From Acinetobacter phage 133, in sequence record HM114315.1: a DNA stretch of 64,000 nucleotides, one strand, 5' to 3'. The stretch's first letter is position 1. Each line of letters starts with the position of its first letter. Below the pieces are notes generated by a model that was given only the letters and a program-made list of their open reading frames with translations, searched no databases and was not told where the DNA came from. Below, one piece after another: positions 27,583 through 36,628 of the stretch. The translations under genes were made by a program, and so were the position numbers.

Positions 27583-28031
27583 ATATTCACCTTGCCATTA
27601 TCTACGAAGTATTTTAATTCATCTAAACAGAATTGTACATAGTCCCAGCGAACTTCGTTTAACCATTTCCCTTGAACTGGCTCACCGTGACTCGCAATAG
27701 GATACATAATTGATCCACCCGTGTTACGAGTGATAATGAATTTTGCACCCAGGTATTCCAACATAGAATCGTGCACCGGACGGCGTGTGATACCAAGAAC
27801 ATTGTATTGCTCGCTTAATATTGCATGGCCGGCTTTATCAATTCGATATTCACCCAGTACCCAAAAATCCGCGTTATTACATACTCCGTCCCGATAGTAA
27901 AATGGATCATCCTCTCCAGGAATGTCCAAACGGCGGATAAGATCTTTACCTGCATGTTTTTTAATCAACTCCTTATTGTCAAGTAGGACCTGCAGGTTTA
28001 AAATGACTTGGTTGATATTATGAGAAATCAT
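27579..28031 (-). CDS. member 3 of the four-member paralogue family
   Basis: 150 aa, C-terminal KWLNEVRWDYVQFCLDELKYF. Confidence 0.55.
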   Translation of the reverse strand: MISHNINQVILNLQVLLDNKELIKKHAGKDLIRRLDIPGEDDPFYYRDGVCNNADFWVLGEYRIDKAGHAILSEQYNVLGITRRPVHDSMLEYLGAKFIITRNTGGSIMYPIASHGEPVQGKWLNEVRWDYVQFCLDELKYFVDNGKVNI

Positions 28032-28504
28032 TATCTAAACCCCATTACTTTGTTATTATCACGGTAATACGTAAGTTCAGCTTTAACAAACTCTACATAT
28101 TGCCAACGCATTTCAGTAGCCCAGAACGGTACACCTTCTGGTTCTTGGATTGGGTATCCTAGACTAACCCCTCGAATATTATGAATTTTAATAAACTTAT
28201 AACAAAGATACGCGACAATAGGGAACATTCCATCTATTTCCGACTGAGAGCACATACTCGATACTGACATTTCCGCAATGGCCTCTGGATTATTAAGAGG
28301 ACAGGTTGAGCGTAATTTGTAAATATCCATATTGCCACATGCTCGGATGAACGGTGTGAAATCCAATTTAAATGGAATTGTATCATGTTCTAATAAAATG
28401 CTTCCTAATCTAGGGAAATCCCGATTAGTTGCACGCTCAATAATGTGCGCTTTGTTTGCCAACATGATTTCAATATTGATAATTACTTTATCTAAATCAT
28501 TCAT
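28031..28504 (-). CDS. member 4 of the four-member paralogue family
   Basis: 157 aa, C-terminal FWATEMRWQYVEFVKAELTYY. Confidence 0.55.
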   Translation of the reverse strand: MNDLDKVIINIEIMLANKAHIIERATNRDFPRLGSILLEHDTIPFKLDFTPFIRACGNMDIYKLRSTCPLNNPEAIAEMSVSSMCSQSEIDGMFPIVAYLCYKFIKIHNIRGVSLGYPIQEPEGVPFWATEMRWQYVEFVKAELTYYRDNNKVMGFR

Positions 28505-28824
28505 ACAATTTCCTCACAAAAAGCCCATTTGCAGTGATACACACTTGCACCAGGATCATCATTCATACACACCACATCAACCGGTGCAATAACTTTAAAT
28601 AAAACCGGTTCTCCGCCAATTGATTTAGCGGCACGACCCGCATATATTTTAGCCAGTCCTAAATCAGCAGTAAAGAATACTCGCCCCAGGTTTTTATTAC
28701 GACCTTTTTCCGAAAGCACATTAGTTTCAGAAGGTGGACACAACATGTTTTCAATGCCTGCTTCTGTGCAGCTACCGTGATAAAACACTTTAGTCTCTGT
28801 AGGAAAGAAAGCATCTAAATTCAT
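28501..28824 (-). CDS. hypothetical protein (107 aa); weak resemblance to minimal H-Y-E ADP-ribosyltransferase motifs
   Basis: FYHGS, then an aromatic/Tyr region (AKIYAGRAA), then GEPVLF. Highly speculative. Confidence 0.45.
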   Translation of the reverse strand: MNLDAFFPTETKVFYHGSCTEAGIENMLCPPSETNVLSEKGRNKNLGRVFFTADLGLAKIYAGRAAKSIGGEPVLFKVIAPVDVVCMNDDPGASVYHCKWAFCEEIV

Positions 28825-28846
28825 GATTGTTCCGTCGCGTTAATAT

Positions 28847-28897
28847 GAGAGTCATAATAACGAAAAAAGGGACTCACGTGAGCCCCTAATTGAAATT
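28847..28897. repeat. copy 4 of the palindromic intergenic element (near-identical to copy 1 over ~50 nt)
   Basis: GAGAGTCATAATAACGAAAAAAGGGACTCACGTGAGCCCCTAATTGAAATT versus copy 1 GAGAATCATAATAACGAAAAAAGGGACTCATGTGAGCCCCCTAATTGAAAAT. Confidence 0.6.
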
Positions 28898-29210
28898 AAT
28901 TATAGTATTCCTGCATTGCAACAAATAATATGCGTTCATATTCTTCACGAGTAAGTTCACCGTCGAACTGAGTTTCATCAAATCCGATTATATGAAGACG
29001 AACCCAGGCCATCCATGGGATTTCATCTTCCAATTCGTAGATGTTACGCACATGCTCTTTAAAGTGATAATACATCTGGCGAGCTTCAATCAAAAGCATT
29101 TCTGAAGCTATGTTGAAGCTGTACTTACGGAACAATAATGCAAAGCACTGGTTTGCAAAGTCGGAACGCTCATCTAGATGGGTGCTGTTTTTATCCTGGA
29201 ATTTAAACAT
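28896..29210 (-). CDS. hypothetical protein (104 aa)
   Basis: Minus-strand ORF. Confidence 0.5.
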   Translation of the reverse strand: MFKFQDKNSTHLDERSDFANQCFALLFRKYSFNIASEMLLIEARQMYYHFKEHVRNIYELEDEIPWMAWVRLHIIGFDETQFDGELTREEYERILFVAMQEYYN

Positions 29211-29514
29211 TTGTAAGCTCTCCTTGGATACGAGGCTTAATCGATAGAGCCTTAAAATATTGGTGCGAATTGATAAGCCCCTTCAGCTTACATGGCACCA
29301 TAGATAATTCCATATAGGCCATTTGATCCACTTTGTCCTCACTGCTTCGCAACACTTTCATTGCGAGTTGAATATCTTTACGAGCGCGTAACAACAAATA
29401 CATCGGGTCAGATTCCAATGCAGCCTGGGCTTCTTGGTTTGTCCGGATTTCATATTCATGTTCGCTTTGGGCTTCGGCCATATCGATTGCTAATTGATTC
29501 ATTCTGTGCTCCAC
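29203..29514 (-). CDS. hypothetical protein (103 aa)
   Basis: Minus-strand ORF. Confidence 0.5.
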   Translation of the reverse strand: MEHRMNQLAIDMAEAQSEHEYEIRTNQEAQAALESDPMYLLLRARKDIQLAMKVLRSSEDKVDQMAYMELSMVPCKLKGLINSHQYFKALSIKPRIQGELTNV

Positions 29515-29957
29515 TGTTTAGTGCTTGAGTAATATGTAGCTGGGAAATTAAAACATTCTAACTCTGGACTAATATTCCATTTATTGGCAAGAGTTTCTAA
29601 TTCAGAAACTTTTGAGTGAATTTCTTCTTTAAGCTCGTTAATACGATCTGTATCATGCAACTCATCGGACAGTAACTGGGCTTGTTCATCAGTCAAGTCA
29701 CGTAAATTGATCTTATCCCAAGCCGAGCGCAAACAAAGTAATTTGCGCCAATATTCAGACACAATCACTTCATAATCGGTACTGTGACTAGGATTACCCA
29801 GCCAGCCGCGTTTCACCATCATATCATCATAGTCGGCAGGTACAGCGTATTCTTGTTTGATTTGTTCAATAGTCAGTCGCATATCAATACTCATGAAATG
29901 AAAGTTTATATGTAACACGTACAGTGGCCAGTTTTGCATAGGGTTTATCATTGCCAT
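29499..29957 (-). CDS. hypothetical protein (152 aa)
   Basis: Minus-strand ORF. Confidence 0.5.
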   Translation of the reverse strand: MAMINPMQNWPLYVLHINFHFMSIDMRLTIEQIKQEYAVPADYDDMMVKRGWLGNPSHSTDYEVIVSEYWRKLLCLRSAWDKINLRDLTDEQAQLLSDELHDTDRINELKEEIHSKVSELETLANKWNISPELECFNFPATYYSSTKQWSTE

Positions 29958-29996
29958 GAATAAACCGCAAGGACGGATTAAAAACGGAATCTTTGA

Positions 29997-30377
29997 TCAT
30001 TTTCCTTCATCCGTATAACGAAATAGCAAAGATTCCGTTTTAAAGTCCGTTTCAAACAAAGTCATTGCATTGTCATCCGGTAAAGCCACATGAATAATAT
30101 ATGTTACTCCGTTAAGAGTATTTTTATATGTGGTGTATACTGAACCCAATGTAGAATTTAATAAAGGGCCTTTAATCCGAATTAATTGACCTGGCGCAGC
30201 ATCATGAGTTAAATCTGTCACCAAGTCTTCAAATTGCTTACGCGTACCGCAAATGATTTCAGTGGTTTTAATAGGCGCATAGCGACGCGCCTTGACTAAA
30301 GCCGTGTTGAAATGAATTGCAGTGTCACCAACAATAAGTGGTTTTAAAGTTGTCATATAGTGTTCCTCAAGTTTCAA
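29997..30377 (-). CDS. hypothetical protein (126 aa)
   Basis: Minus-strand ORF immediately downstream of gene 41 and a terminator. Confidence 0.5.
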   Translation of the reverse strand: MKLEEHYMTTLKPLIVGDTAIHFNTALVKARRYAPIKTTEIICGTRKQFEDLVTDLTHDAAPGQLIRIKGPLLNSTLGSVYTTYKNTLNGVTYIIHVALPDDNAMTLFETDFKTESLLFRYTDEGK

Positions 30378-30388
30378 TTATTATGCAA

Positions 30389-30420
30389 AGAAAAAAGGGA
30401 ACTGTAAACAGCTCCCTTGA
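30389..30420 (-). terminator. terminator hairpin after gene 41 (GGGAACTG-TAAA-CAGCTCCC after A-tract)
   Basis: GC-rich stem with one mismatch, preceded by AAAAAA on the plus strand. Confidence 0.45.
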
Positions 30421-30422
30421 AA

Positions 30423-31877
30423 TTAATCGAATTTGGCACCAGATATATCTAACTTATTATTACCTAGACCCATGAAGTCTCCTGCGAGTAGGTCTAATTT
30501 GGCCCTGGTGGACTGTGGCTCAACAGTTTGTGCTTGGGCTGGTGTTCCTGAGCCTGAGTTGTTAAGTTGCGTCATGGGCTGATCTACGTCAAACCAGCGC
30601 TGATTACCTTTACGCACACCCATCATGAATGTATTCCAGATATCCTTATTGCCATAACGGGTCTTAAGTTGTTTGATCATTTGATTACCCTGCTGCTTGA
30701 TTTCTTCGGTCTCAATGACACCCAAGATAAAGTCACAGTGGTGAGTAATGCCTGCGGATTCTGCAATGTCAGAAAGGGCCATATCAGATTTCTCGCCACC
30801 ACCACGGTTTGTCTGCACGCCAGTCCATACTGGAACCTGTTGTTCAACTGCCACAGCACGAAGTTCTTCCGCAATAGCTTTGTTCAACGTATAAGTATTT
30901 TCCGTATACTTAATACGGCATGACGCACAAATACCAAGATAATCGACAATGATTACATCAGGTTTAAATCCTTTCTTGAGTTTAAGCTCATTGATCAAAC
31001 CTCGGAATGTATTACAGTCTGCACCACCAATTGGATATTGCTTAATTTTAAGCTTGCCCATGTTGGCTTTTTCACGCCACTTGGTCATCTTCAGTTTGTA
31101 TTCCTGGTATGTCATAACACCGTCTTCGATGTCATCCAGGGTTACATCCAATAAGTTCGCATCAATACGCTTGGCACATACAAATTCAGACATCTCCATA
31201 CTGATGTACAGAACGTTAAGACCCATCTGAATATAGTCAGCGGCAAGGGAACAAAGGCCTAATGATTTACCAACGTTGGTACCCGCCATTAATACATTCA
31301 GAGTACCCGTTTCAACACCACCTTTGGTGATCTTATTGAGCATATTACTTTTGAACGGAACTTTGTATGCTTTGGACTGGTATGCTTGCCAACGAGCCTC
31401 GAAGTCGTCTAACCAGTCATGTCCTACGCTGTTGTCAAACCCGACCGCTAATGCCTTCTGCATAATTTCAGGAATTGCGCCTACATCGGGAATACGACGA
31501 TCGCGTTTTTCCTCTGGGGCTTCAGCATTGGTTTGAATCTCAATAATGCGAGATGTGGCCAATTCAATTGCGACTTTTTTGATATACTTTTCCGTTTCCG
31601 GAACAGTCCATTCCAAGCTTTCTTTGTCGGTCTTTAATGCCTTCAATAACTCAATAGAGCCAGCATGTACATTTTCATTAATACCCGGGGTTGAATCAAC
31701 AGACACTTCCAATGATACTAAAGTTGGAGCTACATTGTACTGGTCAACGTGTTTCTTCATGGCCTTATATAAAACTTTTGGTGCCCCAGACGGGAAATAT
31801 TCTTCATTTAGATAAGGCCATACTTTACCGAAGTATTCTTGGTCTCCGATAAGTTGGCCTAAAATTACATCAATCAT
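30423..31877 (-). CDS. 41: replicative DNA helicase (DnaB-like)
   Basis: 484 aa. Walker A LMAGTNVGKSLGL, then YISMEMSE and the RecA-like C-terminal domain. Length and position match T4 gp41. Confidence 0.9.
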   Translation of the reverse strand: MIDVILGQLIGDQEYFGKVWPYLNEEYFPSGAPKVLYKAMKKHVDQYNVAPTLVSLEVSVDSTPGINENVHAGSIELLKALKTDKESLEWTVPETEKYIKKVAIELATSRIIEIQTNAEAPEEKRDRRIPDVGAIPEIMQKALAVGFDNSVGHDWLDDFEARWQAYQSKAYKVPFKSNMLNKITKGGVETGTLNVLMAGTNVGKSLGLCSLAADYIQMGLNVLYISMEMSEFVCAKRIDANLLDVTLDDIEDGVMTYQEYKLKMTKWREKANMGKLKIKQYPIGGADCNTFRGLINELKLKKGFKPDVIIVDYLGICASCRIKYTENTYTLNKAIAEELRAVAVEQQVPVWTGVQTNRGGGEKSDMALSDIAESAGITHHCDFILGVIETEEIKQQGNQMIKQLKTRYGNKDIWNTFMMGVRKGNQRWFDVDQPMTQLNNSGSGTPAQAQTVEPQSTRAKLDLLAGDFMGLGNNKLDISGAKFD

Positions 31878-32128
31878 TTTTTACTCCATAACATAAGAAG
31901 AAACTTTTTAATCATTGACCAGAGCGAAACCTCTTGATAAATTTTTATTTGTTCATCAACCTGGATTTGTAAACACTTCTCGATATGCGGCGCCAAGACG
32001 TCTTCATAGCCTTCTGATGCGGTACCAAATGCGTACTTAAGCCCCTTATCCGTCATTTCCAATTCGGTGATATAAACCAGGTGTTCTTGCCCGTCTAGTA
32101 AGATTGTCATTTCTTGTAGAACTGTCAT
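31874..32128 (-). CDS. hypothetical protein (84 aa), at the position of T4 gene 40
   Basis: Minus-strand ORF between uvsX and gene 41, ATGA overlap. No sequence-level match was verified. Confidence 0.4.
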   Translation of the reverse strand: MTVLQEMTILLDGQEHLVYITELEMTDKGLKYAFGTASEGYEDVLAPHIEKCLQIQVDEQIKIYQEVSLWSMIKKFLLMLWSKK

Positions 32129-32170
32129 TATATGCTCCTATATTAATGCGAAAGGGGCTTGCGCCCCTAC

Positions 32171-33334
32171 TTAGTCCTCGTCAACGAAGTCTTCAAGTTG
32201 TTGCTCTTTATCAGCAGCAGATTCAGCTGGGCCAAAATTAACACCACTAATTTTGGCCGTAGTTTTAGATCCGATAAGCGCATCCACTTCAGCATCCACT
32301 TCAGCATCAGATTCAATTGATCCTAATTGATATCGGGTTTCAATCGCTTTGCGGAACTCGTCGTGTTTAAATAGCGGTCCCCAGAAATCAATGCTATCAG
32401 TGTCTTTTGCACGCCATGATTTTTCTTCATGTTGCATCACACCATCCACCATCATTGCTCGTTTGTACCATCCCACTTTAGGCTTAACCACAAACCCTAG
32501 ATCGGTTGCCATTTCCAATAAACCTGAATACGGATCGATACCACCATCAAATTTAACAGTGATTGGGAACACTGATTTTTCTTTAACCATACGGGACTTT
32601 TCGGCCTTTAGAATAAATTCATACCCGGCCAGCTCGGTACCATCTTTAACCTGACGCTTGCCAATAAAGAACACTGTATCAGCAGAATACATTACGCCGG
32701 TTCCGCCCGTCATCACTTCTTTACTGAACATTTCAAGAGTTTGCAATGTATGGTTTACTGCTACACACGGAATATCTTTGATACTAAAGTATGGTGTAAC
32801 AATACGAAATAACGATTTAAGTGCTTTGGCCCGAGTCATATCCGCAGTTGTTTTTTCATTCAACGCGTCCTCAGTTTCCTTTTTAGAGGCCAGGTTACCA
32901 ATGGAATCAATAAAGACAATGACTTTTTCACCTCGCTTAACTTCTTCAAGTTGGTTTGTCATATCGATTTTTAATTGTTCGACCGACTGAACAGGAGTGT
33001 GAATAACACGGTCTGGATCAACGCCCATTGCTTTTAAATAAGCCGGTGTAATACCGAACTCAGAATCGTAGAACATACATACCGCATCTGGAAACGCTTT
33101 CATATATGCCGCAACCATAGTTAAACCCATATTGGATTTAAAGTGCTTTGACGGGCCTGCAAAAATAGTCAACCCTGATTGCATACCACCATTCAGGGCA
33201 CCTGAAATTGCAATATTCAACATCGGGATACGAGTACGGACTACAGTTTTATCATTAAAGAATTTGGATTTCGTTAACTCCGCGGTCATTTTTGATGTAG
33301 ATGCTTTGATTAAACGTTCTTTTAAACTTGACAT
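32171..33334 (-). CDS. uvsX: UvsX recombinase (RecA homologue)
   Basis: 387 aa. Walker A FAGPSKHFKS, then FIDSIGNL and the RecA fold. Colinear with T4 UvsX (391 aa). Confidence 0.9.
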   Translation of the reverse strand: MSSLKERLIKASTSKMTAELTKSKFFNDKTVVRTRIPMLNIAISGALNGGMQSGLTIFAGPSKHFKSNMGLTMVAAYMKAFPDAVCMFYDSEFGITPAYLKAMGVDPDRVIHTPVQSVEQLKIDMTNQLEEVKRGEKVIVFIDSIGNLASKKETEDALNEKTTADMTRAKALKSLFRIVTPYFSIKDIPCVAVNHTLQTLEMFSKEVMTGGTGVMYSADTVFFIGKRQVKDGTELAGYEFILKAEKSRMVKEKSVFPITVKFDGGIDPYSGLLEMATDLGFVVKPKVGWYKRAMMVDGVMQHEEKSWRAKDTDSIDFWGPLFKHDEFRKAIETRYQLGSIESDAEVDAEVDALIGSKTTAKISGVNFGPAESAADKEQQLEDFVDED

Positions 33335-33374
33335 AATTACCTCGGGTAATCATAATGTTCTCCTCACGTTTTAG

Positions 33375-33905
33375 TTAATGTTTGTAACGCCAAATGAATC
33401 CAAGAGATGTTTTGTTTCCATCGCTTAAATTCAATCGAGCACATGTAGATATTAAATCATTTTTTCTGAAGCATGGAGAAGAAATTGATTCTCCTGCGTC
33501 CATTGGTGATCGGTACACGGCCAGGATATTTCCTGTAATGGGTTCGATCTGAATAACTGGAGTTGCTGCCCATCTCGCCCGGGCACTAATCTTGGCGCAC
33601 GTATAAGACGATACATATCGCCCAGTTGCTTGCTCAATTACTTTGGCACGCTTAATTACATATGCCTTTGTACCTTGAGAACACATAAAATTCCAAGCGG
33701 CCCGCATTTCGGGGGAGTCTGGATAAATCTTACGCAATAACATATGTGCAAGACAATGTTCTCTTGGAGTCAAGGCAACCAGGTTTGATGGGTGGTCGGT
33801 ACCACCCAAAGATCTAGGCACAATGTGGTGTACTTCTTTAGGCGACGGTTCAGGGCGCTGACCAGCAATAGTCACGAGTTGATTATAGATCTTTAGGTAA
33901 TCCAT
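33375..33905 (-). CDS. HNH homing endonuclease
   Basis: Classic HNH motif VHHIVPRSLGGTDHPSNLVALTPREH near the N-terminus. Free-standing gene immediately upstream of uvsX. Confidence 0.75.
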   Translation of the reverse strand: MDYLKIYNQLVTIAGQRPEPSPKEVHHIVPRSLGGTDHPSNLVALTPREHCLAHMLLRKIYPDSPEMRAAWNFMCSQGTKAYVIKRAKVIEQATGRYVSSYTCAKISARARWAATPVIQIEPITGNILAVYRSPMDAGESISSPCFRKNDLISTCARLNLSDGNKTSLGFIWRYKH

Positions 33906-34357
33906 TATCGCACCTTTAGCTCAAATACAATACGAGCAGGGTATTCAGTGTGGTCACCCAGAGACGGACCGCTTGGTGGATCATACTTAACAGTGAGCTG
34001 GGATTTAAATGAACCCTCACGCAAACCTTTTTCAAGAGCATCGTACAGTTGGTACACAGTCATGCCTTGAATCTTTGGTGTCGTGACATGCTGGTATTTG
34101 TCATATGTATTGTTTGTTACGATTTGATAACGGATTTGTTCTTCTGCCTTACACAGTAAAATCCCAGCTTCAACTGTAATTCGTTCTTCTTTAGACTGAC
34201 ACATTGATAATAAATCGATACCCATATTTGATACCTCTGTAGGGTTTGACGGTTTAAATAATTGATAAAGTTTTTGGAAATCTATATATCCTGATTTATG
34301 CATCTGGTCAATTGAATAGAACCCAATGTAATGGATTTGACTCCATAGGTTCAACAA
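33905..34357 (-). CDS. hypothetical protein (150 aa)
   Basis: Minus-strand ORF. Confidence 0.5.
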   Translation of the reverse strand: MLNLWSQIHYIGFYSIDQMHKSGYIDFQKLYQLFKPSNPTEVSNMGIDLLSMCQSKEERITVEAGILLCKAEEQIRYQIVTNNTYDKYQHVTTPKIQGMTVYQLYDALEKGLREGSFKSQLTVKYDPPSGPSLGDHTEYPARIVFELKVR

Positions 34358-34751
34358 CTACCAATACTTCACCATCCCAGAAACGTACTTTATACTGAGG
34401 CTTAAGATCGCCAATACCACCTTCTGATAAAGGCCACCCATCAGTGGTGTCTAATGAGAACACAACTTCGACAATGCAAGGTTCCAATTTCAGCGCTTTA
34501 TCACGTTGTCGGGTAATGTTGGCAGTAGTCAAACAAATATCTGATTCCCGATCACGGGAGAATTCTGAAAAATTACGACCGAACTCGGTTATAACCCATA
34601 CCCATTTTGACCCCACTCGCTCTACTTCACCAGGCAATACTTTGAAGCCCATAATATCAAAAGGTACACCTTGCTTAAAAATATATCCTTCGAAAGTGCC
34701 GCATTCAATGCCAAAGGGTTTAAGTTCGCGATAAGGTAATTTCATTTTCAT
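34308..34751 (-). CDS. hypothetical protein (147 aa)
   Basis: Minus-strand ORF. Confidence 0.5.
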   Translation of the reverse strand: MKMKLPYRELKPFGIECGTFEGYIFKQGVPFDIMGFKVLPGEVERVGSKWVWVITEFGRNFSEFSRDRESDICLTTANITRQRDKALKLEPCIVEVVFSLDTTDGWPLSEGGIGDLKPQYKVRFWDGEVLVVVEPMESNPLHWVLFN

Positions 34752-35356
34752 TTCAGTCCTGTTGGAATAGCGTACGCATTATTGTGAAAATCATACGCTG
34801 GCATACTAAGGCCCATTTGAGATTCAATGTCAAACTGGGCAACGCCGTCAAAATAACGTGTATAAAACGCTTTACGAGCTGCAATAATATCACGAATTTC
34901 ATGAAGCGAAATTAATTTAAAGCCAATATTTTCCATTGAGGTATTGAAATAACGACAGTCGTTAATTGTAGCATGATGCACATGGCCATGGAGATTGACC
35001 TTACCCCGAAGCTCAGCAGGGTGAATCGGCGCGTGCGTGATCCAGAACTCTTTGTACTTGACCATTGCATGCACTTCATCAAAGCATTCAACCAGCACAT
35101 CCATTGGAACATGTTCTGTACAATGATTACCGGCTACTAACACCTTCTGACCGGGCCATTTAGCAATGCGGCGGGCCATTTCTTCGGTGAAGGCAGTATC
35201 CCCCGTCATATAGCACTTATCACGCTTAGTTACGCGATCATGATATGCTTTTTCAATTGCTTCAAAATGATCCTGGACATCGCGAAATTGTGGTCGATAT
35301 TTACAAATATTGTTGTGACCTAAATGGAAGTCACCGCCAAATAATACGTTACTCAT
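34748..35356 (-). CDS. calcineurin-like metallophosphoesterase
   Basis: GDFHLGH (motif I/II), GNHC (motif III) and GHVHH (motif V). Start taken at MSNVLFGGD, which gives an ATGA overlap with the upstream ORF. Confidence 0.65.
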   Translation of the reverse strand: MSNVLFGGDFHLGHNNICKYRPQFRDVQDHFEAIEKAYHDRVTKRDKCYMTGDTAFTEEMARRIAKWPGQKVLVAGNHCTEHVPMDVLVECFDEVHAMVKYKEFWITHAPIHPAELRGKVNLHGHVHHATINDCRYFNTSMENIGFKLISLHEIRDIIAARKAFYTRYFDGVAQFDIESQMGLSMPAYDFHNNAYAIPTGLK

Positions 35357-35691
35357 TTTTGGCCTCCAAATTTGACCAGGATTTGTTTTGAATGCCGAGC
35401 CTGGCAAATTAATTTATTGTACTCACGCATCTGATTTTCGCATTTTAACAACTGATGACTGTGAATTAATAGCCCTGGCATATACGTCATTTTACATTTT
35501 GCAATATGATCTTTGTGGTGACGAATCAAACGCTTTAAGTCATCTTTTAACCATATCAGAGCGTCAATAATTGAAACATGATAATCCAAGCTGCACGGGA
35601 TCGCATACATAATGTTAAAGCTATGTGATGGTATCGAATTTACAAGGTTTTCGTAGTGTCGTTTTTTCGTGTAGTAATTTAAATCATTCAT
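35353..35691 (-). CDS. hypothetical protein (112 aa)
   Basis: Minus-strand ORF. Confidence 0.5.
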   Translation of the reverse strand: MNDLNYYTKKRHYENLVNSIPSHSFNIMYAIPCSLDYHVSIIDALIWLKDDLKRLIRHHKDHIAKCKMTYMPGLLIHSHQLLKCENQMREYNKLICQARHSKQILVKFGGQK

Positions 35692-35692
35692 A

Positions 35693-36061
35693 TCACACCA
35701 TAAATTTGTGGCCTAAAAATAAGCCAATCATTAATCCAATAAAGGGCCCAAAAAATTGTAACCAGGAGAACCGCACACCTTCTGTCACCGCTCGAGCAGG
35801 CAACGTTTCCTCATTATCATAATCATACACCACAATAGGTGGACCGTCAATCTCCGGTGGTACAATAATTGGCTTTGGTTTCTCGTACAATTCAAACCGT
35901 TGTGGGTCGCCAGTGGAAACACACTTTAGTCTTTTCCCATTATACAAAACCAATTGGCCACGTTTGTACGTTTTGTCGGGTTGCCACTTAGTGATAGGTA
36001 AATCCGCAACGTTATATTGATCCATTAGTCCACCGTTGTATAAGGAATTGCCTTCAAGCAC
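35693..36061 (-). CDS. hypothetical protein with C-terminal transmembrane anchor (122 aa)
   Basis: C-terminal WLQFFGPFIGLMIGLFLG. Confidence 0.5.
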   Translation of the reverse strand: MLEGNSLYNGGLMDQYNVADLPITKWQPDKTYKRGQLVLYNGKRLKCVSTGDPQRFELYEKPKPIIVPPEIDGPPIVVYDYDNEETLPARAVTEGVRFSWLQFFGPFIGLMIGLFLGHKFMV

Positions 36062-36261
36062 TCAACTTGTTTGGGTTTCAAAATGGTTGATTTGCCAGTA
36101 CGCAAGTTTTTGGCCCCGATTTCAGCTGCGCACCCGTAACTGACTGAAGGCACATAACTCAGTTCTAGGTCAGTTGGGAATTGACCTTCACATAGCTCAA
36201 CAATTTTCACTCGACTTTTTGGATCTGTTTCAATTCGGATTGTACGTTTAAGCGTTAACAT
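36025..36261 (-). CDS. hypothetical protein (78 aa)
   Basis: Minus-strand ORF. Confidence 0.4.
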   Translation of the reverse strand: MLTLKRTIRIETDPKSRVKIVELCEGQFPTDLELSYVPSVSYGCAAEIGAKNLRTGKSTILKPKQVECLKAIPYTTVD

Positions 36262-36628
36262 ATGTGGAGTCTCCTCGGGTTAGGGTTACTTGGATGCTGA
36301 CTTGAGCAGTAAAAGATTTTGACACCAAAACCGACAACTGGTTATCACCCAATAAATCTGGATGAATGCCTCTCAACGATCGGCTCAGCTTTTCTTGTAG
36401 CTTTGCGGCTGAAAAAGTATGATCGCAGTCATATACTTCTTTGAACTCAAACGTATTACGGTTTGGGTTTTTAGTGACCGCTTCACTGAGTTTGGTAAAG
36501 ACATGATCCAACCATTGTTGTTTTTGCTTCGCAATATCAGCAGGAGGTTTTTTGTTTGGATTTTCCAACAGTAATTTATTAAAGTTCATTGAACACCTTC
36601 GATTCAATACCGTACGCAATAGGATCAC
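36248..36628 (-). CDS. hypothetical protein (126 aa)
   Basis: Minus-strand ORF. Confidence 0.5.
   Translation of the reverse strand: MILLRTVLNRRCSMNFNKLLLENPNKKPPADIAKQKQQWLDHVFTKLSEAVTKNPNRNTFEFKEVYDCDHTFSAAKLQEKLSRSLRGIHPDLLGDNQLSVLVSKSFTAQVSIQVTLTRGDSTYVNA

Noticed and set aside
32141-32170. GGGGC-TTGC-GCCCC hairpin between uvsX and the gene 40-position ORF, as a terminator
   Set aside because: No adjacent U/A tract on either strand. It is more likely an RNA structural element or coincidental, so it is not listed as a feature.
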